64,000 nucleotides of DNA from Nemertoderma westbladi (GCA_032718475.1 JAUCBJ010008638.1:26405-90404), one strand, 5' to 3'; positions 1 through 13,569 are shown, numbered from the stretch's first letter. A program made the numbers and translations. Notes: a model not told the origin generated them from the letters alone.

Positions 1-265
1 ATATAATTATTTATCAACATTTGGTAGCTTATACAGTACGTGTTCTAATATAATATTTAACAATATTTATAATATTTATCAAACTTTATAGCTAGCACTT
101 CTTTTATAATATTTATTAAAAAAATAGCAAAAACTAGCTAGTATAATAAATCTGGTAAATGGGTACCCAAGGTGTATTACATAATGCCATTCACTTGCAC
201 TGTTATAACCCATGCACTGCAATTTTGTTCCATAATTCTAAATAAAATGCTCAAGTAAAATGCAA

Positions 266-930
266 TTTTTACTCTCGATATTTTTCAACACTCGATATTT
301 TTCAACACTCGATATTTTTTAACACTCGATATTTTTCAACACTCGATATTTTTCAACACTCGATATTTTTCAACACTCGATATTTTTCAACACTCGATAT
401 TTTTCAACAGTCGATATTTTTCAACACTCGATATTTTTCAACACTCGATATTTTTACTCTCGATATTTTTACTCTCGATATTTTTCAACACTCGATATTT
501 TTACTCTCGATATTTTTACTCTCGATATTTTTCACACTCGATATTTTTTCTCTCGATATTTCTCAACACTCGATATTTTTCAACACTCGATATTTTTACT
601 CTCGATATTTTTCAACACTCGATATTTTTCAACACTCGATATTTTTACTCTCGATATTTTTCAACACTCGATATTTTTACTCTCGATATTTTTCAACACT
701 CGATATTTTTACTCTCGATATTTTTCAACACTCGATATTTTTACTCTCGATATTTTTCAACACTCGATATTTTTCAACACTCGTTATTTTCGATATTTTT
801 CATCTCGTGTTATTTTTACTCTCGATGTTTTTTAATCACGTTAATTTTCAACACTCGTTATTTTTACTCTCGATATTTTTACTCTCGTTATTTTTACTCT
901 CGATATTTTTAAAGTCTCGATATTTTTCAC
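266..930. repeat. Minisatellite of interspersed 17-bp (CTCGATATTTTTCAACA) and 15-bp (CTCGATATTTTTACT) units
   Basis: Directly visible head-to-tail units that degenerate after ~780; no unique spacers. Confidence 0.95.
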
Positions 931-2394
931 CATTACCATATTTCTGCCTCTAAGGCCATCCTTAGAGTATGCAATGCCTAACCGAACTAGACTACACTAG
1001 ACTAATTAAATGGAATAAGCCTGTCTGACGGTCGTCAGACTGTCTGATTTTATTTTATTAGTCCAGTATTTGTATTCTTAAAAAAGGCAATAAATATTCC
1101 ATCCTATAAGCCATCAACCATTTTACAGCTATTATTATTAATTAATTATTAATTAATTATTATTAATTATTATTATTATTAATTATTACAAGTCATTCCA
1201 GATTTATCTTTCCATTTCAAAAATGGTCCATTGTAATTTGAGGGGATTCCTGGCGATTCACCTGGTATTGGGTTGCCCATAGGTCTAACTCCCTCAGTTT
1301 CATCAGTGCCAATACCGAACAACAAGAGCTGTAAATCCGCAGCTTGTTTCTGCATCTGATGCATTATTATTAGGTTGGATCATTCTGCCTGTTGCTGCAG
1401 TTGCTGCTGTATAAAATCTATAGCTGTAGTGGGATCCGCCAGAACTGCATTTTGCTGCCAATATCGCCGAATTATTTTTACCAACCTTCGCTTCATTGAT
1501 ATTGTACTCAATTTGGATTCATACTTCACTCCAATAATATAGAGGTGTGATTTCACTTCATCCCAACCTAATAAATCAACATTGCTCTCTTCCAGGAAGG
1601 CAAGCAATACAAAGTATAATATGACCTTAATTAAACCTATTTTCCTAACTATACATTGATCGCACAATATTTCTGATCTTTGGTCTAACAAATGAAACAC
1701 AACTTTTTATGGCTAGATTTCACAATGATTTGCTCCAATACCTGGTTAGCCTTTCGCTTGAAATCTGCACTTGAGTCAGATCTTTGAAGCAGACAACAAC
1801 ATATAACACATTAACACCTCAAAATAATTTCTCTGGAAATTTTCATGGTAATATTTAGATGCCACCTTACATGGATAACTCCGATTAAAACCTTTTATCT
1901 GCCATTGTTCCCATATGGGAACATGTACTTGTTGCTAATAAATAAGTACTATAATATATAATATTCTTCTTAACTTGCAATATGGGACAACATAATAAAT
2001 ATGTTTTGTCAGATTAACTGAAAATTTACCAATGATTGACAAAATTTTCGGAACAGTGGACCTCTACTTTCATGCAAAAATATGAATTTTGAACAGGATA
2101 ATTTATTTGCATTAAATATAATATACAAATAACATAGAGTTATTGTAGTAGAAAGTCCTCAAATGTTGAATCAAGTCATTTATTTGTTGTTTAAAACAAT
2201 ATATATGAATGTGCAATGATTTTATGAGATACTTTACACATCTTTTTATCTCATGTTCCGATATGGGAACATTGGCCAAATGAGAGACCTAAGTAGGCCC
2301 ATTGCTGCATAATGAGTACAGCACGTATTTCTAACCCTATAATTCTACAAGTAGTATCATATTTCTACATTCTTGATCAATTCTGCATTCTACA

Positions 2395-2500
2395 TAGTGT
2401 TAGACCGGAGCTCCGGCTCCGGTCCGGATCCGGCCGGGAAAATGGTGCTCCGGTTCCGGTCCGGCTCCGGCAATAATAAGACCGGAGGACCGGAGCTCCA
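2395..2500. mobile_element. CCGG-rich probable DNA-transposon (hAT-like) terminus; partner end not found
   Basis: TAGTGTTAGACCGGAGCTCCGGCTCCGGTCCGGATCCGGCCGG is a TAG-starting GC island with clustered CCGG motifs, resembling hAT-type subterminal repeats. No matching inverted end seen. Confidence 0.35.
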
Positions 2501-2710
2501 GTATAAAACTGTAAAAGACAGACAGAGACACACAATGCACAATGTACAATGCACAATCAGTTGTCCACGTCACAATCATCTAGGCCATCATACATCATAG
2601 TATAGCTACACTGCCTACTGCTGTACTGGCCTACCAGGTGCCAGGCTGAGGCTACAAAGACAGGCCAGTCAGCAGTCAGTACACTAGTACCTACAGTACT
2701 GCTATGCAGC

Positions 2711-4206
2711 TCATAATAAGTAAGTTCAAGTTCTAAAGTACACTGCACAGCACACTACTGCATACTTACCTACTAAGTTACTCATAATAAGTAAGTTCAA
2801 GTTCTAAAGTACACTGCACATCACACTACTGCATACTTCACTTACCTACTAAGTTACTCATAATAAGTAAGTTCTAAAGTACACTACACAGCACACTACT
2901 GCATACTTACCTACTAAGTTACTCATAATAAGTAAGTTCAAGTTCTAAAGTACACTACACAGCACACTACTGCACTCACTTACCTACTAAGTTACTCATA
3001 ATAAGTAAGTTCTAAAGTACACTACACAGCACACCACTGCATGCTTACCTACTAAGTTACTCATAATAAGTAAGTTCAAGTTCTAAAGTACACTACACAT
3101 CACACTACTGCATACTTATCCTACTAAGTTACTCATAATAAGTAAGTTCTAAAGTACACTACACAGCACACTACTGCATACTTACCTACTAAGTTACTCA
3201 TAATAAGTAAGTTCTAAAGTACACTACACAGCACACTACTGCATACTTACCTACTAAGTTACTCATAATATAGTAAGTTCTAAAGTACACTACACAGCAC
3301 ACTACTGCATACTTACCTACTAAGTTACTCATAATAAGTAAGTTCTAAAGTACACTACACAGCACACTACTGCATACTTACCTACTAAGTTACTCATAAT
3401 AAGTAAGTTCTAAAGTACACTACACAGCACACTACTGCATACTTACCTACTAAGTTACTCATAATAAGTAAGTTCTAAAGTACACTACACAGCACACTAC
3501 TGCATACTTACCTACTAAGTTACTCATAATAAGTAAGTTCTAAAGTACACTACACAGCACACTACTGCATACTTACCTACTAAGTTACTCATAATAAGTA
3601 AGTTCTAAAGTACACTACACAGCACACTACTGCATACTTACCTACTAAGTTACTCATAATAAGTAAGTTCTAAAGTACACTACACAGCACACTACTGCAT
3701 ACTTACCTACTAAGTTACTCATAATAAGTAAGTTCTAAAGTACACTACACAGCACACCACTGCATACTTACCTACTAAGTTACTCTAAGTTCTAAAATAC
3801 ACTACAAAGCACACTACTGTATACTTACCTACTAAGTTACTCATAATAAGTAAGTTCTAAAGTACACTACACAGCACACTACTGCATACTTACCTACTAA
3901 GTTACTCATAATAAGTAAGTTCTAAAGTACACTACACTGCACACTACTGCATACTTACCTACTAAGTTACTCATAATAAGTATAATAAGTAAGTTCAAGT
4001 TCTAAAGTACACTACACATCACACTACTGCATACTTACCTACTAAGTTTCTCATAATAAGTGAGTTCTAAAGTACACTACACAGCACACTACTGCATACT
4101 TACCTACTAAGTTACTCATAATAAGTAAGTTCTAAAGTACACTACACAGCACACTACTGCATACTTACCTACTAAGTTACTCATAATATGTAAGTTCTAA
4201 GTAAGT
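2711..4206. repeat. 65-bp tandem repeat, about 22-23 copies
   Basis: Unit ACTCATAATAAGTAAGTTCTAAAGTACACTACACAGCACACTACTGCATACTTACCTACTAAGTT; period 65 measured at 3131 to 3196; central copies near-identical. Confidence 0.97.
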
Positions 4207-4439
4207 TCATTAATTCTGATATATTTATATCTAAATAAACTATTTTAATTATATTATAATTATATTATAAATTATTTAATTTCTCAAAATATTTTATAAT
4301 CAAATGTCAATAAATACACTGCTGTGCACGATTATCAGAATAACAAACTGTGATAAATTGAAAAAAGCTGAACTGTAAATTTGAACTTTAAAAATAAAAA
4401 ATTTCAAAAATAATATATAATAAAAATCTTACTTTGTAG

Positions 4440-4574
4440 CAACATATCAGGAGTGTAAGCGCAATCACAGGAATCCATGTCACTATTTTGCGCACTGCAA
4501 ATATTCTGGTATTCATGGATATAACTGTACATGCAAGAAAGGCTTCAGTGGTGATGGCAGATATCGTTGTGATG
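4440..4574 (+). CDS. Host gene internal exon, EGF-like domain (absent from the ORF track)
   Basis: TTTGTAG acceptor and GTAAGT donor; 135 nt, phase 1-1; reads TYQECKRNHRNPCHYFAHCKYSGIHGYNCTCKKGFSGDGRYRCD with six-Cys EGF spacing. Confidence 0.9.
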
Positions 4575-5220
4575 GTAAGTATTAATTATTTATCTATATT
4601 ATTAAGATATATTTATTTTTTACTTTTACTATCAATATACAAGATATAATAAATATTTACATATCAATATTATAATTAACAGTAACAACTAATTATTATT
4701 GCAAGTGTTGGGCCTTCTGGTAGTAAAACTACAAGCCTTATATCTCAGCAGACAATTATATTTGTACTATGGCTTCCTTCTATGGAACTGCTATGGCTAC
4801 TACTATGGCTTATACTATACTATGACTATGGTTTCCGACACACGTACACCAACACCCACGCAGACATTTGGAAAGCAGCTAGCTATAGTTTAATTATAAC
4901 CGTTCGCTGATGGTTCGCAGTTAAGACTCGCCCCGCAGTCTGTACAAATGTAACTATGACACAATGTATTACCTATATACCTGCATTGCCTGGGCTTTCG
5001 CGCAATACATAGCATACTAAACAGATGTGATGAATACAACACGACTGATAATAAAAGTTATTTAGCCATGAATAATAACATCACTCTGCCCTCTGTAGTG
5101 TATATATTAACATTACCATGGTATTCGCTTCAGGGTATTTTATATTACTTCACTTAAATCTGTGTAGTTGGGGGTTGTGAACAAACCCAAATCCTAAAGT
5201 GCTTAACTAACTAACTATCT

Positions 5221-5420
5221 AATAGATAGCTAAAGTGCGTAATTAGGTAGCTAATAGATAGCTAAAGTGCGTAATTAGATAGCTAATAGATAGCTAAAGT
5301 GCGTAATTAGATAGCTAATAGATAGCTAAAGTGCGCAATTAGATAGCTAATAGATAGCTAAAGTGCGTAATTAGATAGCTAATAGATAGCTAAAGTGCGT
5401 AATTAGATAGCTAATAGATA
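5221..5420. repeat. 32-bp tandem repeat, about 6 copies
   Basis: AATAGATAGCTAAAGTGCGTAATTAGATAGCT units; period 32. Confidence 0.9.
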
Positions 5421-5426
5421 AATAAA

Positions 5427-5760
5427 GTGCTACCCGAAGGTAGGAGTGGGCGCTACTCCTATCTGCTACCCGAAGGTAGGAGTGGGCGCTACACCTATCT
5501 GCTACCCGAAGGTAGGGGTGGGCGCTACTCCTATCTGCTACCCGAAGGTTGGAGTGGGGGCTACTCCTATGTGCTACCCGAAGGTAGGGGTGGGCGCTAC
5601 TCCTATCTGCTACCCGATGGTAGTGGTGGGCGCTAGTTTTACTCCCAGTAACTCAACCGGTCTTCCTTTTATCGACCCCAGGGATAAGCGGCTCCTGGCA
5701 GGGCTCGAACGTACAAGAAATAGATTGCAAGCCTGGCGATCAACCAACTGAGCTACCCCG
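5427..5760 (-). mobile_element. tRNA-derived SINE whose body segment is amplified as a 36-bp tandem repeat (about 6 copies, 5427-5636)
   Basis: Minus strand has A box TAGCTCAGTTGG and B box GTTCGAGCCC, then GGGGTCGATAAAA and GGAGTAGCGCCCACCCC, which are shared with the copies near 17515 and 47620. Confidence 0.8.
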
Positions 5761-5937
5761 CCTTCCTCCTTGCCGAGTCATAAAAAATAGATTAATTTTT
5801 ACCGAATCTCGCAAGTTGCTCTGGTCTTCTTTAATACAGAACGCATATGCTGACCATTTACCATAATGAATACAAGGTCAATGTTTGCTCTAATTTGATT
5901 AGAGACGTACTCTGAATAATAAGATTTTACTTTATAG

Positions 5938-6060
5938 ATATTAATGAATGTGATGGTGATCATGATTGCCAGGGACCACGTGATAGGTGCTCCAATCATC
6001 TTGGTGGCTACACCTGTCGATGCAAGGCAGGGTTCACAGGACATGCTAATGGTTGTAATG
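5938..6060 (+). CDS. Host gene internal exon, calcium-binding EGF domain
   Basis: TTTATAG acceptor and GTAAGT donor; 123 nt, phase 1-1; (D)INECDGDHDCQGPRDRCSNHLGGYTCRCKAGFTGHANGCN. Confidence 0.93.
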
Positions 6061-6268
6061 GTAAGTGTATTAAATACGTTATTCATTTTATTCCACAGTT
6101 ATAACTTAGAACATTGTGATTCTTGTTTGAATATACTGTGGGATTTTGGTGAATTAATTAACTGTAAATTAATTAACATAAATTAATGTGACTCAGCTAG
6201 TAATTGAATGAAAAGTTATTTCAAATACTGTTCACTTTTAAACGATAATTATTGTTATTTTATTGTAG

Positions 6269-6397
6269 ATATAAATGAATGTGAATCGCGTTGGTCGAAT
6301 AGATGTCCACGAACATCTAACTGTATTAACGAGTTTGGCAGCTACAAATGTGAATGTAAGAAGGGTTTCAGGCAGCCAAAGCCATTCAAATGTGAAG
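6269..6397 (+). CDS. Host gene internal exon, calcium-binding EGF domain
   Basis: TTGTAG acceptor and GTGGGT donor; 129 nt, phase 1-1; (D)INECESRWSNRCPRTSNCINEFGSYKCECKKGFRQPKPFKCE. Confidence 0.93.
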
Positions 6398-6799
6398 GTG
6401 GGTTGTGTAATTATTAATGTGAAAGTTACAATTATAAAAAAGAGTCACAATTATAATTGTGAAAGTGTTGGTTCACACCATACATGATGGGTGGACAAAA
6501 CAAAATCTACGATTTCACACCTTTACCACTATAAAGTATAGTTTCTGGGTGAATACAATGAAACAAAGATCTAAAGGTGTTGTTCACCAGGCAGACCCTA
6601 AAATATAGTGTTTTTTTTGTTCTGATAGTAGAAATTTTGTTTATTTTTTGGCAACTGCACATCACAAATAATAATGAATACAAAACCATTATTGCATCAT
6701 TTTTTTAACCAATATGTATATTTGAATAAAAACCTTAATATTAGACCATTACACAAATTAAAATTACAAATACAAATACCCGTCACCGCACAAAGCGAC

Positions 6800-9557
6800 T
6801 CAGAACTGGTCTGCCAGCCCCGCACCTCGCAGACCGGCCCCGTCCCTGAAACCCAAGCCTCGCCACGACCGTCGGCCGCCCCGGAGGCAGAGGGAGCTGG
6901 ACCGGAGGAGCGCGAACTGCAGCCGCTGTCGAACACCACCCATGACACACGCGAGGCCCCTCTCTCGCATTCCATCCCGCCAGGCCACGAGTGTCTCGCC
7001 GAGATGGCGGATGAGGATCTGGGCCTCGGCGCTCCAAACACCATCGGTGGTGCCCACCAGAGGGGTGAACGACATCCTCCGGTCTTCACAGATGGTCCGG
7101 TAATGCATCTTCTTTAACTGGCACCGCTGCTCCAGGAGGGACTCGGTCGAGCGGTTGGTCTGGGCATAAGAGGTGGCGTCAGCGTTAATTACCGCAATAT
7201 CAAACGACGCCACTCTCTGGTTCGCCCAGACCCCCCGCGCGACCAAATCCGCCCGCACTCCCCCTACCTCCCTACCTTCCCTGTCGAGGTACCCCCGGGA
7301 CAGGGTCACCTCCCGCTCAACGCTGGGCGCACCGAACGCCGACGCCAGGAGTTCCCTGAAAACATCGCGCACCTCATCGTGGCGTTTCACAATGAGGCTG
7401 CCGGACTTGCAGCTGAGCGCGTGCGAGGTGGAGAACGTCCCCCGACAACCCTCGCACTTGGACGGGAGTCCTGGTGGGACGAGAACATACCGGAGGTTCA
7501 GGCTGTCCCGGGACTCCTCGGCACTGAGGTCGGTGGCGTCCAGGATGCTTGGCTGGGCCGTCAACCAGCCGCCGGTTTTGTTTAGGACCGCTCGCGTCGC
7601 AGTTCGCCTGTGGTCTGCCGGTAGAGCTCCCAACGCAGCCTCCCGCTTCTCCTTGTAGGCCTCGTCCTGGGAGATGCAGCTAGCTGCGAGGACGGCTCGC
7701 AAATTGGCTGTGTGGTCGGCCACGTGGAGAGGTTGCGTCCTCTGGATCGCCTCGGCAACTACCGCGGTGCCTTCCATGGACGCAGAGCGTGCCGCGGTCT
7801 GCCGCATTGTAGGGTCCCGCAGTCCGATGCCGCCGTGGCGGGCTGGGAGGAGGGTGAGATCCTCGTCAGCCGGTTGCAGACTAGAACACCCGAAGAGGGA
7901 GGGGATGAACTTATGTAGCAATGCAGTCCGAATTGGGGTGACATCCTCGGCGTGGGTGGGTACGACCCGCAGCAGGTAGTCCCATTCCGCCTGCACACAG
8001 CGGGACATTCCCGTGTGGGCGGTCTGGGGGTACTCTGTTGCAACCCTCGAGAGTTTCCCGATATTGCCAACCCAGCCATCGACTTTCTTGGCAACGAACT
8101 CCTTCCGGCCAGCCTCATCTCCGATATATCCCCCGAGGAAACGGTGACTGGCACAGATCCGAATTCCACTCGGACTGAACATCGCCTGGGCCTCGTCTTC
8201 CAACCCCGGTTTGACCATGAGGTAACTCTTGGTCGGTTCGGGGTTGTAGCCGATGCTGGGGCCCAGGCGAAGTAGCTCTGTCCACCACTCCCAGATACCC
8301 AATAATCGACCTGCTGACGAGGCATCGTCAGCGTACCAACATTGGCGTTGCGATCTGCAGGAGGGTTGGCCGGTTGGTTCTGTAGCGCACCGCGTTGAAA
8401 CCGGTTGGGTGCTGGTGGGCGTTGAACTACCCGGTTGGGCACTGGTGGGCGTTGGTGAGCCCGGTTGGGTGTCAACGGGTGTTGGTGAGCCCGGTTGGGT
8501 GTCGGCGGGTGTAGTTGAGCCCGGATGGGTGTCGGTGGGTGTTAGTGGGCCCGGTTGAGTGTCGGCGGGTGTTAGTGAGCCCGGTTGGGAGTCGGCGGGT
8601 GTTGGTGAGCCCGGTTGGGTGTCAGCGGGTGTTGGTGAGCCAGGTTGGGTGTCAGCGGGTGTTGGTGAGCCCGGTTGGGTGTTAGCGGGTGTTGGTGAGC
8701 CCGGTTGGTTGTCGGCGGGTGTTGGTGAGCCCGGTTGGGTAGAGAACTGGACCTTGCGTAGCTTGCGAACCATGGGTAGTGTTCCGCAGCCATAGCCCAG
8801 CATGGCGAGGGGGTCGCCCTGGGTCATACCCTCCTGGCTCCAGATGGGAGATGAGGAACCAGAAAGGTATAGGGCCGCGTGACCGTTGTAGGCATTGAAT
8901 AAAAATCGTGAACACCTATGCCAATAAACGCGGCAGTTCCACAGGGCGACTGGTCGGCTCAGACTATTAAACGCATTGCTCGCGTCCACCATCAGAATGG
9001 CCTGAGTCGACTCTTCCTCAAAGATGTTGGACATCGCGTGAACGGCACCCTCTATCCCCGCCTTCACCCCAGCACACAGTTGATCGGCGCCACACTGAAT
9101 GACGATGTCGGCCTTTGTTGCCAGCTGTGAGGCAGCTGTGGCGATACTCCCAGATCGGGTCGGTGGATGAGCCGGGGCCGTTGAGCCAGATGCCACCGAA
9201 TGCGGCCTCTAAAGTGTCGGACGTTGATCCGGTGCTGGTTGCTGCGGTTGGGGGAGCGGGAGAATTCGTGGGGGCACCGCTTGGGGGCGCCTCCTGCGAA
9301 AACGTTGGTCGCAGAGTCTGAGTGAAGCCATCTACATCGTCACTGTCGTTTAGGGTAGAGGGGTCAGGAAGCAAAGTTGCATCCAGGTCGACTGGCACAA
9401 TGGGGGATGGGGTAGGGAGGTGCCGGTTCTTGCATTTCCCGATTGAGCTGGGGCCGCAGTTGGAACACGGCCGCGATGTCCGCACGCAGCCACAGCGGCT
9501 GGATGGGGAACACGAAGAGGCCGCACACTGGCAACAGCGTTGCGAGCCCTGGGACAT
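6800..9557 (-). pseudogene. Disrupted single ORF of CRE copy 1 (N-terminal Cys-rich domain, RT, RLE)
   Basis: ORFs 9018-9557 and 6800-9196 join out of frame near 9127. Relative to copy 2, roughly 0.8 kb (RHTRLT... to ...CIAFVTK, including the RPIGVGE motif) is missing. Confidence 0.85.
8390..8742 (-). repeat. In-frame 30-bp minisatellite (TQPGSPTPAD, about 12 copies) inside the RT domain
   Basis: Repeat visible in both DNA and protein between QGDPL and WYADD. Confidence 0.95.
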
Positions 9558-9830
9558 TGCACTCCCACTAAACTGCTAAATGCAGCGCGAAATATAGGAA
9601 ACAGGTAGGCCTATCTGTTAGTGTTACTCAGTTCGTCTGAGTTCGTTGAGAATCTTAATTAGTTATCCACTGCACTGAATTCCAACATTCGAACATTGCA
9701 TCATTTTTTAGCTCAAATAACCACTGTGGTAAAAAGATTAATAACTGTTTAACCCTGATGATCATGTTTGCTTATGTTTATAATATTAATTTGTTAATTA
9801 TGTCTCGTGTAATAATGTTAAACATTGCAG

Positions 9831-9956
9831 ATATAAACGAATGTCGAGAAACACCAAATATATGCGCCAATGATGCTATTTGCATAAACGGGCATGGATG
9901 GCACTTATGCCAATGTCCTACTGGTTACATGGGTGACGGATATAGTCAATGCATAA
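9831..9956 (+). CDS. Host gene internal exon, calcium-binding EGF domain
   Basis: TTGCAG acceptor and GTGGGT donor; 126 nt, phase 1-1; (D)INECRETPNICANDAICINGHGWHLCQCPTGYMGDGYSQCI. Confidence 0.92.
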
Positions 9957-10339
9957 GTGGGTAATATTCATTAAATAACATAAAAAAATTCTCAGTACAA
10001 GTAATTAAGATAAAAAAACAATTATTAATTCAAATTTACTTATTTTTCATTCTAACATTATGCAATTTATGATGATGTGGGTAGAGGTTAAGATAATTAA
10101 TGGGTAATAATTATCCCATTCACCTAAATAAATACATACATTCGAATACATTCAAATCTATATATATATCTAAAATATACATTCACATCCTTAGAACATG
10201 TAGAACATGTAGATAGATTTCCTCGTAAGTAAAGATATTTATTTTCAGTCAATTAGTTAGGTGGCGCCTGGTTCGTTATATATTTATATTTATAATATAC
10301 AGTATGTTACAAGAAAACGTAGAAAATCAAAATAATCAA

Positions 10340-11420
10340 AATCAAATCCAAATTATTTAAACATCGTCAATATATGCACAGAGGGTGTGAGAGTTACAAT
10401 TATAAAGAGTATTCAAGTGCCTGGCAAAATCAAGAGTGGTATTTTAAACGTAAATCTTTTGAGAGTGGGCACATGCATGAAACGTGCAACTCATCTTGTA
10501 CAGAGTTGTTGTCACATATACACGTTCTGCCTAATCGTGGTATGCTCCAAGACATTTTTCATTTTTCTTTAGTAATATTTTTCTGACTGTGCAGTCAACA
10601 GAATCTGCCGCTGATCTTCCCATGCAAAATAGCACGATGTCGCGGATGTGAAATTTGCTACCTACCCAATCGATAATTCACCTGTTTGGAATGTTGGATA
10701 TCTTCATAATGTGATTATTGTTGGATTTAGGGACTTTCTTCCATGATGTCAGAGATTCACTGCATGAATCAGCCTGTATATGAATGTCTTTGTCTTGAAA
10801 CTTTGCATCGGTCAATGTTTACAAAATTAATGAGATTAGCTTTGAAAACACACCCCAGATCATTATCTCATCTAACTTACAATGCTATTTACAACCAATC
10901 AACTGAACCTGTGACTGTGCCCATTCTCAATTCGTATGAAATCGCCTTTTGAACCATTAATTTGTGTACTCTTTCAGTGATTTAAAGTAAACAATATTTG
11001 GCCATATTATTTTTACGAAAATGAATTTAGATAATGGAATTTGCTTTAATGTTAGCAACCATTTAGGCTTTGATCTAGACTTATTTGGTAATCGTAATCT
11101 TCCTCCATTGTTTAATTCTTTAAGAGTATATTTCGAAATGGTATTTAAATCGAAGTAGGTTGCAGCAACTCTTCCAAGGGAATGTTTGTTTTCATCAATA
11201 AGGAACTACTTACTGTAAGCATTGAGGAAAATGTTGAGAAGATTTCCTATTTGTTGAATTCGACTCGAAGCATAAGAGTTTGCAATTCGAAAATTGATAT
11301 TGATACATTGTAAACATGATGCTCGCTTAACCGAAGCCTTCTGGAAACTCCACCTTTTAAATACTACAAAGCAAACCCTGACGTTGACAATGTTCGTGGT
11401 CAATTCCGCATATGGAGAGT
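10340..11420 (-). pseudogene. Degenerate APE-type LINE remnant
   Basis: Minus strand ~10465-10550 reads WSIPRLGRTCICDNNSVQDELHVSCMCP, like the C-terminal Cys/His motif of LINE ORF2. The upstream part is only weakly recognisable and the boundaries are approximate. Confidence 0.5.
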
Positions 11421-11508
11421 AGGAAGTAAGATTTCTTATAGATATTAACTTATAGCAGTGCTGTTATCAGTTATAGTAGATATCCTCTTTTTTCCTCCCT
11501 CCATTTTC

Positions 11509-11975
11509 TGTGAGACGTTCCCGTGTCTGACACTCATTCTGTCTGACTGCCAGAAATTCATAAAGTTGAAATTACTTGTGTCATTGCGGTTTTGACGGAC
11601 AACTGAACATAAAACCGTCACTCACTGTGCTTATAAAAGGACCCAAATTCTCCAACAATAAGTACAATCTGGCTCCAGGTAGACTTCCTGGATGCCAAGG
11701 CCTAACATAGAGCAAAAGGGACAGTGGACCTCCGAGCAGCGCCAGTTAGCGTAGCACGCGCCTGAAAAGGCATCGCGCCATGATGGCACTAGGCAAAGCA
11801 AGGGTCAGACCTATAGACTAGGACTGCCCGAGCGGCACCGGTCAGCTTGGAGCAAACCTGCGAAGCCTTCGAGCCATGATGACACCAGGCGTCGTAAGGG
11901 AAAGACTACCGACAGACTTCCAACGGCCTTCAGACCGACTTATAACAGACACGGACTAGACAGACGGGTTTCACA
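11509..11975 (+). mobile_element. Possible solo LTR
   Basis: TGTGAGAC...GTTTCACA inverted termini, TATAAAAG at ~11632 and a GC-richer island; no TSD found. Confidence 0.35.
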
Positions 11976-13410
11976 AGTAGTTTGGGGGGTTAAAATCTAA
12001 CTAAACTAAAGTCCACTGCCTGATTAAATAATTTTGTACTGTAGGCTTATTATTATTATGCTAAAATCATTTACTGTGTATATTCTATTTATATTGGCGT
12101 ATTGGGGAGTCCCATATATTTGGAATCAGTGTTAAAATTGTTAGAAAACAAGATCAGTTAGAATAAATTGATGATTCAAGCCCACTCGTTCCTTTTAATT
12201 TTTGCCTGCACTATCCAACCACACCCCAACCCAATACTGGTGACCAATATCGCTGAGATCGCAAACCCTCTCGAACTTACATCGGCGTTAAGGAATTAAC
12301 GGCAACACAGACACTATGTTATTGCAGAAAGAGTATGTAGTTTGTTAGTAAATGAAGGGAAAACCTGCTCATTATGATTGATTCCAGTTGTTCCCATCGT
12401 GTCTGCATTATTCACAGCAGCTTTTCCTCTTTGTAAGGGAACTCCTCCAGTAAAGGTCACTAAAGGGAAATCTTTTGTCGGGTGTGTGAGAAGTTCGAAA
12501 GACACTTATCCGATTCTTAGGTGATTCCCCAGCAGAATACCTACCTCACTTCCTACTAGACGATGATGTGTACTAGAGCCCGGAATCAGTGTCATAAATA
12601 AGGAGATTTAGTTTGACTTGCAATATATTGGCATATACTGGAACAATAGCTACTATATCTCACCAATAGAAGCTATTACACTTATGGTGCGAATAACGCA
12701 ATACCAATAACACAATAATATATAATAAATAGGAGAGTAAGTAATAGTAAACAGGTTATAGAGAGTGAGCTGACATTTAATGTAGAAAAGCACCTAAGAA
12801 TGAAGTTCTATATCAAACACAATATTATATACGCCATGACTTTGTCAATAATCTTCACTAAACATCTGACTAATCTTGCAATTAACACCTTCACCTCTGA
12901 ACACCCAAAATGTTAGTTATCTTTCAGCCGTGAGTACTTGTTGGCAATCGCCCCAATCTAATAATAGTTCCTTTCACTACTGATACAAATAATCGGATAC
13001 ATTGTCCTTACTACTGTATTGCAACTCCTACAGTACTTTATAGCACCAATGTTCGGTTTATCGATACGCAATATCTAAACTGGGTTTGGTCCCACTCTGT
13101 ATTCATACCTCACTTCACAGCTTTATTAATCATAACACACTATTACTCACTCTATTTGCCAGAGTTATATCCACGGTTGTTACTCTATTATTTACATCGT
13201 TTTTTGATTTGGGATTACTCACTAACACTTTCAAATATTTGCTTTTTTAATTATGCGAACCTATTTTTGTCACTATTACCTTTCTATCAATCTTTCTCCT
13301 TAATATGTACTATTATTAGATTAATCTTTATAAAACAGTTGTTATTGATGACACAGTTGCCTATCAGCACAACCTTATATATATTGTGGATCGATTTATA
13401 TTTAATTTGG

Positions 13411-13446
<36 letters not shown>

Positions 13447-13569
13447 TTTAATTATTTTAATATTTTAATAATTATATAATTAATATATTCAATATATTTG
13501 CCACAAATATATGTAGAATAAATGATTAATAAATACTGATAAATTTACTTAATACAATAATTACTGTAA

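Larger units (their letters stand above)
6706..9694 (-). mobile_element. CRE-clade (RT plus restriction-like endonuclease) non-LTR retrotransposon, copy 1; 5' end retained, internally deleted
   Basis: 15-bp TSD ATTGCATCATTTTTT at 6691-6705 and 9695-9709. RT motifs DASNAFN, QGDPL and WYADD; CCHC (CEGC..H...C), RHD, RADL..FDI and KKxHY endonuclease motifs. Confidence 0.9.

Noticed and set aside
1179-1700. Two in-line minus-strand ORFs (106 and 61 aa)
   Set aside because: No recognisable motif or reliable splice model. They could be a decayed transposon gene, but I cannot support a call.
266-4206. 17-bp and 65-bp arrays as CRISPR-like loci
   Set aside because: Units are head-to-tail with no unique spacers, there are no cas genes, and the context is eukaryotic.
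8340-8760. RT minisatellite as a spliceosomal intron or intein
   Set aside because: Candidate GT/AG sites are weak and phase-incompatible, and there are no intein terminal residues.
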